From Macrostomum lignano (Eukaryota), in assembly GCA_002269645.1 (NCBI GenBank), contig NIVC01001122.1:62001-126000 (forward strand): a DNA stretch of 64,000 bases, given 5' to 3'. The translations under genes were made by a program, and so were the position numbers. Under the pieces are notes generated by a model, which saw only the letters and a list, made by a program, of their open reading frames with translations, did not search any database and was not told the origin of the DNA. Numbering within the stretch: the first letter of the stretch is position 1; every line of letters starts with the position of its first letter. Shown here piece by piece: positions 8,510 through 18,500 of this stretch.

Positions 8510-11452
8510 GTTTGCGATAGAGACGGCGATGCTACCAAAGCAAGGATAGACGTTGCTTTTGATTTAGTAGATGATGATTCGTTTGTGGACAAAAATCTTA
8601 CGGTAGTAGACGATATTCTTGGTGGAAGGTTGCACTCAGCTTTAAGGGACATTGCAAATACGAGTATACTACCTGAGGACGCTGAACTCGAGGAAGAAGA
8701 TGGTGATGAAGATTATTATTTGGAGGAAGTCTGGTCTGATGATTTAGTTCCGTCCCAAGCGAAACTTAAGCATGAGAAGAAGAGGCATTGCTGCCTCTTT
8801 TGCGGAGAAATGTTTTCGAAGATCAGAAGGCATCTTATTCGGGCACACTCGAAGGAAATGTGTGTACAGCGCGCCCTCGCATTTAATCCTAAGTCTGATA
8901 GTAAGTTTTTGAAATAAGTTTTTTATGTAGGTCCTCATAGTAGTATTTAGTTTGTCTGAAAATAATTATCTGTTCATATTTTTTTCAGAATATGACCAGG
9001 AATTTGATCGCTTGCGCTTTCGAGGAGATTACGAACATAACATAAAAGTTATGACCCAGGAGAAGGAGGGAGGAATCATTGTGTGTCGCGAAAGAAGTTC
9101 TTCGGACATGAAAGATAATGAAGTTTCGTATTTGCCGTGCATTCACTGTTTTGGATTTTTTCGTAAAACTGAGTTAAGCAGGCATGTTCAGCGCTGCCGC
9201 TTTGTCGTAAATGTCAGCGATTTGAACAGGCGCACAGAAGCTGTCAGTGCAGGACGCTGCCTTCTCCTTGCATCATGCTTTCCGGCGAAATATCCGTCCA
9301 AATTTATTGAACTTATTAATAAAATGAAGGTAGACTCATGTAGCAAAGTAGCTCAATCAGACAAGCTTATAATGGAACTTGGCTACTACGCCTATGAAGG
9401 TTTTACATCCGGAAAGACAGGAAAGAAAATTGTAACTGCGAAAATGCGTGAAATGTCGAGATTACTTATGTCAGCTCGTGAAATTATGGGCGATCCCAGC
9501 GCTTGTCTTGACGATTTGCTGAAGCCATCATCATTTGATTTAGTTGTTGAGGCGACTCGAAATGTAGCGAAATTTACGGCCCAAGAAGATGCTCAGATTT
9601 GCGATTCTTTTTCTATTCCTTCGATGGCACTTAAGTGCGGGTTTTCTCTGAAGCTGGCTGCTGAACTGTCGTTAGTACGTGCCCTGAAATGCGAAATGCC
9701 CGAAGTAGCTCAGGAGCGACGCAACTTCATCACTCTGTATGAAACATCATGGAGCCGTAAAATATCTTCGATTGCACTTTTGTCCTTGAAAGAAAGAAAA
9801 ATTGACAAGGGTCAGACATTGCCGTTAACTAGCGACATTCAGTTAATCACGAAGCACATTAACGAATATTTAAGCCACATCGACACGGAAAAGCTAAAAA
9901 GCAGCCCTTCTTACTGGAAAGAGGTGGCCGAATATGTTGCGATTCGTTTGTCTATTTTCAACAAGCGCCGGGCGTCTGAGCCCTTCAAGCTGCGAGTTTC
10001 GGCGTGGCAGAAAGCAAGATCATGCAAAGATGTTGATGATACAACATTATCTGCGCTAAGTGAATTAGAAAAGCAAATGCTTTACCGGTTGACTATCGTT
10101 AATGTTCGAGGTAAGAGAGCACAGCGACCGGTTCCTCTGCTAGTTTCGAATGAGATTGCTGAAATTATCGATGAGCTCATTCGCACAAGACACCACGCTT
10201 CAAGTCCTTACGTATTCTGCAGTAGTGGAAGTTTGGGATATATATCCCCATTCGTTGCGCGCACAAATGTTGTCTCCAGTTGTCAAGGGCTCCAGTTCCC
10301 TGCTCGTCTATCTTCGACCAACCTTCGAAAATACATTGCCACTGTCTCTCAGATCCTTGAAATGAGAGAAAATGAGCTCGGATGGCTCTCCAACCATCTT
10401 GGACATAGCCTTAATGTTCACCATAATTTCTATCGATTGCATGAAAACACTATTGAGCTTGCTAAAGTAGGCAAGCTACTTCTGGCTATCGAGGCCGGTA
10501 GATTCGACCAGCTTAAAGGCAAAACTATCGAAGAGATTGATGTTAACGACATCGAAATTGACTATGACATTGACGATAAGTCAGATGCAAAAAAAGATGA
10601 TTTGAACGAATCCGGTGATGTGGAAGCCTCAATAGGCTCACAGGCTCGAGAATTAAAACGTGGTGACCAAAAGAGTCAAGCACCTCCTGAGAATAATGGA
10701 GCTCGTATCCAAGCTAAGGAATTTGAGGACGAGTCAATTTATCACGAAGGTTCTGTCGACTTTCGCGGAGCCCCCCTGTCCATCAAGCAAGTCGAAAAAA
10801 AGAAGAATCGATTAGCTGTGCTCGACTCAGATGAATATGAAAGCGAAGTAGACAAAGACGATTCAGACTACCAACCGACGAAAAAAACCAGAAAAGTGCA
10901 GAAAGCTAGAGCAAACGAAAGGCGGATTCGAAGGACGACTAAGCCAAAGGGTGCGACAGCAACAACGACTAATAACAAAAGCGAGCCAGGACATGGACAA
11001 GAGGACCCACAGAAGGACAAAAGCGAGCCAGGACCCGGACAAGAGGACCCACAGAAGGACAAAAGCGAGCCAGGACCCGGACAAGAGGACCCACAGAAGG
11101 ACAAAAGCGAGCCAGGACCCGGACAAGAGGACCCACAGAAGGACAAAAGCGCTCCTAGTTCGGAAGGTAAGGACAAAATGGGAACTGGGGGAAGAAAAAA
11201 ACCAAAGTTGATTTCAGTTACTTCAATCCATTTCAGAAGTCAAGAAAAAAACTAATTCAGGAGCACATTGCGTGGAACAAAGACGAAAATGAGGCAATTA
11301 ACCGCGCGATAGAAAAGATCGAAGACGGCAAAGTACCTGGTTTTGCAGCCCTTGGAGAGCTAAAAGCACGCGAACCTGCACTCCAGTCACGATCGATCCA
11401 TAAAATAAAAACGAAGTTTTTCAATGAAATGAAAAAACGCGGCATTTTGTGA
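8510..11452 (+). CDS. Tyrosine recombinase with two N-terminal zinc-finger-like motifs and a C-terminal SANT/Myb-like domain; exons 8510-8900, 8989-11166 and 11237-11452
   Basis: Motifs FNKRRASE (R), VRGKR (K), STNLRK (R), NHLGH...NFY (H, Y); CLFC...H...H and CIHC...H...C fingers; last exon HIAWNKDENEA...GKVPG...PALQSRS..IK. Both introns are GT-AG phase 1. One extra A in the A7 run near 11245 must be removed to keep frame. Confidence 0.88.
10980..11150 (+). repeat. Coding 42-bp tandem repeat x4 (SEPGPGQEDPQKDK) in the YR tail
   Basis: Read directly. Confidence 0.95.
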
Positions 11453-11649
11453 CTAAACGCTTTATGATTGCTAACACTAAGATTAAAAAGCATCTATTAG
11501 TTTAGCTGACAAGAAATACCTGTTCACTATCGATAGCATAGCGATGGCTTTTGGGGGCGGTCCAAGTTTGGGACGCCAAACTGAGTATGAGGGGCGCCAA
11601 TTTTTAAGCTGGGGGTGCAAAAAACGTGTAGGGGGGGGGGGAATGCGAG

Positions 11650-12060
11650 TCGCCGTTTTAAAAATGCTTCAATTTCTTGTATCTGTTTGATACAATTTCC
11701 ATTTTAATAACTGTCGCCGTTTTAAAAATGCTTCAATTTCTTGTATCTGTTTTATACAATTTCCATTTTAATAACTGTTGCCCTTTTAAAAATGCTTCAA
11801 CTTCTTGTACTCCCTATGACTTTTTTAACTAATGCAATCCTAAGTTTGTTAAACGTGTAGTTTAAGAATGTACTTCCGGACTTAAATTAGTTTCAATGAC
11901 TTTGCAGTTAGTTTAATTAGGTTTAAATCTTTTGCGTTAAGGCAAGCGAAATGATTCGGTATTTATTTTCAAAATGCTTCAATTTCTTATATCTGTTTGA
12001 TACAATTTCCATTTTAATAACTGTTGCCGTTTTAAAAATGCTTCAACTTCTTGTATCCCT
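11650..12060. repeat. About 64-bp AT-rich subterminal direct repeats (GCCGTTTTAAAAATGCTTCAATTTCTTGTATCTGTTTGATACAATTTCCATTTTAATAACT)
   Basis: Copies near 11650, 11713, 11777 and 11970-12055. Confidence 0.85.
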
Positions 12061-12490
12061 GAGTGTGCGTTGTTTTTCTTTCGTAACTAATGCAGTTTAA
12101 CCCATAGTTTAGTAAAGCTAAATAAATTCGTTTGAACCAGGGTTTTTTTAATAAAATGGAATCGTAAACCTTTTTTATCTTCTGTTTCTTGAGAATTTCT
12201 GTTTTAATTAGCCCAAAATAACAGTTTGAAACTCATAAATTTTCTACAAAGAAAGAGGTCTAACTAAACCAACTGTTTTTTTGCGGTCCACCTAACCCGG
12301 TCCCCAAAACGTAGTTAGTGAACCGCCACAGTTTCCACGAACTGGCTATTCCGTCAAGTTAACAAAAAGATAACCCTAGCTAGCCTTTCGCGTTGTCAAA
12401 ACAGACTCTATTTTTTAACCGGAATTGCGTGGTCCACGTAACGCATTAACATAACTCAGGTCCCGCTAAACACACAGACAGTCGTAAGAG

Positions 12491-12538
<48 letters not shown>
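12491..12538. repeat. (TGTC)12 microsatellite, probable insertion target of the YR element
   Basis: Directly abuts the element end. Confidence 0.9.
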
Positions 12539-12539
<1 letters not shown>

Positions 12540-12564
12540 TGCCAACCCGTCTTCCCAGACTCAC

Positions 12565-15500
12565 CTGCGCCGGCAGTCAGGAAAGGACTCCTCAGTGAGC
12601 AGGCTGCCGTAGGCGGTCTGCGGCCCCAGCGCGGGCGGGAAGGCGCCCACCTGTGACATGATTAGCGACAGCAGGCACTCGGCCGCCTGGGCCAGCCGTG
12701 CGGAATGCGGGCTCTTCTGTTTGCGCCACTTCGGCTCGAACCTGGTGGCCTCGCCTCGGTGCTCGACGCGCGACTTGGAGCCCGACAAGCCCAGCTCGAT
12801 GATCTCCAGCAGGCAGATGAGGGTGTCCTCATCTAGCAGTAGCTGGGGATAGTTTAGCGCCCACTGGGCCAAGCAGTCGTACGTGGCCACGATTTGCGAG
12901 TGCAGGTAGCGCGAGTGCTCCTGCCTGGGCCGGGCGCACTGGCTGCTAATGAAGTCGCACAGCCAGCGGACGCAGCTTTTCAACAGGTTCTGCGTGTTGT
13001 GCGGCCCGCCGAATGAGCTCTGCGTTTGGGCGCGGGGGATGTACTTTAGTGGCCTCGCGAGAACTCTAGCGAGGAATTACAGAAGGACAGGAATTTCAGT
13101 TGCCAATGCTTAATGACAGAATCTATATTTACACTACTTTACTGGTGCACCCAGCTGGCTGTAAAATGGGTGCTGGGGTAATTGAGGGTGCGTGTGGCGA
13201 CCCCCAGTCCTTGTACTGAACAGCCGTACGCAGCCTTCAGATGCGCCGCGCAATAGCTGCGGCTGAGCTGTCGGTTGCACATCAATTATTATTATTATAT
13301 ACTGGACCAGCAACCGGCTGCGCCAGCCCCAGCTACAGCAGCTGGCACTGGACTATGCCAGCAACCGGCTGCGCCAGCCCCAGCTACAGCAGCTGGCACT
13401 GGACTATGCCAGCAACCGGCTGCGCCAGCCCCAGCTACAGCAGCTGGCACTGGACCATGCCAGCAACCAGCTGCGCCAGCCCCAGCTACAGCAGCTGGCA
13501 CTGAACTATGCCAGCAACCGGCTGCGCCAGCCCCAGCTACAGCAGCTGGCACTGGACCATGCCAGCAACCATAAATATTTTCCCAACGTTAGCCGATTAA
13601 ATTGGTGAAGGAGGCCGCTCACCTGTCCGATTGGCAGTCTGGCCAGGTGGCTCAACACGTCCAATGCAGTCAGGGTGGTGTCGTAGTCCATCTTCAGGGC
13701 GGAGTCGTGCTCAAGGTTGAGCCGCTTGCAGATTGCCGCAACTGCCTGGGTGAACAGCTTCTGCACCGAGTCTGCTAGGGGTGGGGTTGGGATTTTGGTG
13801 GGGCTGGGCGAGGCCGCGTTTTAGATTGCAGGGGTTGGGGATGAACTCGGCTTCAAAAAGATATAGGATTAGAGGCGAAGAATGGTGATTGGGTTGGTTT
13901 AAATTAATCTAATTGATTTGATGAACTGATTTATAATTATTTCATCATACATATTCTAAACTTCAACTGCTGAATTAGTGGAAAGAATGCCTGAGAAGGG
14001 GAATATGCGATCAAACAGATCATGAGGAAGTTATGACATTGAAAAGGGGATAAAAAATCATGGGATTAAATAAGGAAACTCTTGGGATAGAATAGGGGAA
14101 TTATTGGATCAAATAGGGGAATTATTTGATCGAATAGGGAATTACGGCATCGAATAGGGAATTATGGCATTGAATAGATTAAGGAATCGAATAAGGGATT
14201 TAAGGATCGAATAAGAGATTTAAGGGATCGAATAGGGGATTTAAAGGATCGAATAGGGGATTTAAGGGATCGAATAGAGGATTTAAGGGATCGAATAGGG
14301 GATTTAAGGGATCGAATAGGGGAATTATTTTATCGAATAGGGGATTTAAGGGATCGAATAGGGGATTTAAGGGATCGAATAGGGGATTTAAGGGATCGAA
14401 TAGGGGAATTATTTTATCGAATAGGGGATTTAAGGGATCGAATAGGGGATTAAAAGGATCGAATAAGAGATTTAAGGGATCGAATAGGGGATTTAAAGGA
14501 TCGAATAGGGGATTTAAGGGATCGAATAGAGGATATAAGGGATCGAATAGGGGATTTAAGGGATCGAATAGGGGATTTAAGGGATCGAATAGGGGATTTA
14601 AGGGATCGAGTAGGAAGGAGAACCATTGGGATGATTGAGATAAATGAACTTAAAAAATACCTGGCGCTTTGGGCACGGCGCGAACGCCTGCATCCGTGCA
14701 GGACTCGTCGCTGTGCACCAAATTCTCGTAGCTGGCCAAGTCTTCAGCTATGCAAAGCAGAGCGCACAGCAGCATCTGCACGCAGTGGGAGTCCCTCAAC
14801 AACAGCAGAGTGTCCAGCACCAGCACCACAATGTCCTGACGAAGCGACAGGAATGTACGCGGCGCCGACCGACTGTCCAACGGGTGGAGAATCTCCGATT
14901 GGCCGAAATGATTGGGCAGGGCGATCATGGAAAGCAGGAGGCGAACCGCGGACCGTTGCAGGTCGACAGGTGTTGGCACGCCGCTGGGCAAGTTGCTGAT
15001 GGAGTCCTGCTGCATAGGGATTGAAAGCCACATTCCACTTAGAATATTATATATTATTCCAATATTAGATTTGGAATATTAGCATTGGGATTTGGAAAAT
15101 TAGCATAGGGATTTGGAATGTTAGCATTGGGATTTGGAAAATTAGCATAGGGATTTGGAATGTTAGCATTGGGATTTGGAAAATTAGCATAGGGATTTGG
15201 AATGTTAGCATTGGGATTTGGAAAATTAGCATAGGGATTTGGAATGTTAGCATAGGGATTCGGAATGTTAGCATAGGGATTCGGAATGTTAGCATAGGGA
15301 TTTGGAATGTTAGCATAGGGATGTGGAATATTACCATCGGGATTTTGAATATTAGCCTTGGGATTTGGAATATTAGCATAGGGATTTGGAATATTAGCAC
15401 AGGGATTTGGAATATTAGCACAGGGATTTGGAATATTAGCCTTGGGATTTGGAATATTAGCCTTGGGATTTGGAATATTAGCCTTGGGATTTGGAATATT

Positions 15501-18500
15501 AGCATTGGGATTTGGAATATTAGCATTGGGATTTGGAATATTAGCATTAAGATTTGGAATATTAGCATTGGGATTTGGAATATTAGCATTGGGATTTGGA
15601 ATATTAGCATTGAGATTTGGAATATTAGCATAGGGATTTGGAATGTTAGCATAGGGATTTGGAATATTAGCCTTGGGATTTGGAATATTAGCATAGGGAT
15701 TTGGAATATTAGCCTTGGGATTTGGAATATTAGCATAGGGATTTGGAATATTAGCATTGGGATTTGGAATATTAGCATTGGGATTTGGAATATTAGCATT
15801 GGGATTTGGAATATTAGCATTGGGATTTGGAATATTAGCATTGAGATTTGGAATATTAGCATAGGGATTCGGAATGTTAGCATAGGGATTTGGAATATTA
15901 GCCTTGGGATTTAGAATATTAGCATAGGGATTTGGAATATTAGCCTTGGGATTTGGAATATTAGCCTTGGGATTGGGAATATTAGCATAGGGATCGGAAT
16001 GTTAGCATAGGGATTTGGAATATTAGCCTTGGGATTTGGAATATTAGCATAGGGATTTGGAATATTAGCATAGGGATTCGGAATGTTAGCATAGGGATTT
16101 GGAATATTAGCATTGGGATTTAATATTAGCATAGGGATTTGGAATATTAGCCTTGGGATTTGGAATGTTAGCATTGGGATTAGGAAAATTAGCATAGGGA
16201 TTTGGAATATTAGCCTTGGGATTGGGAATATTAGCATAGGGATACGGAATGTTAGCATAGGGATTTGGAATATTAGCCTTGGGATTTGGAATATTAGCAT
16301 AGGGATTTGGAATATTAGCCTTGGGATTTGGAATATTAGCCTTGGGATTGGGAATATTAGCATAGGGATTTGGAATATTAGCATAGGGATTTGGAATATT
16401 AGCCTTGGGATTTGGAATATTAGCCTTGGGATTGGGAATATCATGCTTTAGGAATAGCAACCAGCCTTGAAATTCGTGTTGTTGCAGTTAAACTTTGATC
16501 CCTAAAGAAATTTGAACAACTCAGCTGATACCAACCTTCAGTATATAATGCACAGCTTTAAAATAGCTTGGCAGTAGAACGTGCACGCCTTTAAGTCCGG
16601 CTGACAGCAGGCCCTGTGAGTGGTACACAACTGTATTCAACAGCAGCGGCTGCAGCGGCGGCTCCAGTGCGTTGAACATGGCGGCGTAGAACCTGAACAA
16701 AATTCAATTTAAATGCAGTGCTTTAATATGGCTGACAGTAGTGCACTGCGAAAATGCTAGTGAACAAAACTATTGTTGGAATAGCAAACAATTCGCATAC
16801 ATAAGCTTACAGAACATCCATTTTAGCATTAAAAAGCGACTCATGTATTTGCTAACCAGAAGTGTCACTGACAAACGGTGTCACTGACTAAAAATGTCAC
16901 TGACTAAAAATGCCACTGACTAAAAATGTCACTGACTAAAAATGTCACTGAATAAACTGTCACTGACTAAAAATGCCACTGACTAACGGTGTCACTGACT
17001 AAAAATGTCACTGACTAAAAATGCCTCTGACTAAAAATGCCACTGACCAACAGTGTCACTAACGGTGTCTCTCTGACTAAAAATGCCACTGACCAACAGT
17101 GTCACTAACGGTGTCTCTCTGACTAAAAATGCCACTGACTAAAAATGCCACTGACTAAAAATGTCACTGACTAAAAATGTCTCTGACTAAAAATGCCACT
17201 GACTAAAAATGTCTCTGACTAAAAATGTCACTGACTAAAAGTGTCTCTGACTAAAATTGTCACTGACTAAAATGTCACTGACTAAAAATGTCACTGACTA
17301 AAAATGTCACTGACTAAAAATGTCACTGACTAAAAATGTCTCTGACTAAAAATGCCACTGACTAAAAATGTCACTGACTAACTGTGTCACTGACTAACTG
17401 TGTCACTGACTAAAAATGTAACTAAACATAATCTAGAAAATCACTAAAAATCACTGATCAAGTGTCACTGACTAAAAATATCACTGATAGAGTGTCACTA
17501 AATAAAATGTCACTGAATAAAATTTCACTAATCAAGCGTCACTGACTAAAATATCACTGATCAAGTGTCACTGACTAAAATTTCACTAATCAAGCGTCAC
17601 TGACTAAAATATCACTGATCAAGTGTCACTGACTAAAATTTCACTAATCAAGTGTCACTGACTAAAATATCACTGATCAAGTGTCACTAAATAAAATGTC
17701 ACTGAATAAAATTTCACTAATCAAGCGTCACTGACTAAAATATCACTGATCAAGTGTCACTAAATAAAATGTCACTGAATAAAATTTCACTAATCAAGCG
17801 TCACTGACTAAAATATCACTGATCAAGTGTCACTGACTAAAATTTCACTAATCAAGTGTCACTGACTAAAATATCACTGATCAAGTGTCACTAAATAAAA
17901 TGTCACTGAATAAAATTTCACTAATCAAGCGTCACTGACTAAAATATCACTGATCAAGTGTCACTAAATAAAATGTCACTGAATAAAATTTCACTAATCA
18001 AGCGTCACTGACTAAAATATCACTGATCAAGTGTCACTGACTAAAATATCACTGATCAAGTGTCACTAAATAAAATGTCACTGAATAAAATTCCACTAAT
18101 CAAGTGTCACTGACTAAAATATCACTGATCAAGTGTTACTGACTAAAAATATCACTGATTAAGCGTCACTGAATAAAATGTCACTGAAGAAAATGTCACT
18201 GATCAAAATGTCACTGACTAAAAATATCACTGATCAAGTGTCACTGGCTAAAATATCACCGATTAAGTGTGTCACTGACTAAGATGTCACTGATTAAGTG
18301 TCACTGACTAAGCCAAAAGCCACTGCAGTGAGCAGCCCAATAGTCACCTGGCCAAGTAGACGGGCAGAAAATCGGGCCGGCAGTTGGCAAAAAGCCTGCA
18401 GAGGCAGCCGCAGGCCTCGGCCCGGCCCAGCTGATAGGCCGGGTCCGACACCCCGGCGCAGTCGAACAGCCAGGAGCCAATCAGGTGAAGCAGAGAATTG

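Larger units (their letters stand above)
1..12490 (+). mobile_element. Large tyrosine-recombinase (Crypton-like, possibly CryptonV-type) DNA element; right end at about 12490, left end outside the window
   Basis: Contains a YR gene (8510-11452). It is followed by an AT-rich subterminal region and an abrupt junction to (TGTC)12 at 12491, 26 bp from a RALGAPB splice donor. The array core GGTCCACCTAACC recurs subterminally at 12285-12297. Confidence 0.7.

Noticed and set aside
13241-13574. QQPAAPAPATAAG repeat ORFs
   Set aside because: 51-bp repeat inside a RALGAPB intron; RALGAPB exons join in phase without it.
15065-16460. Long IPMLIFQ / WNISIGI / NPYANIP ORFs
   Set aside because: Translations of a 21-bp intronic minisatellite.
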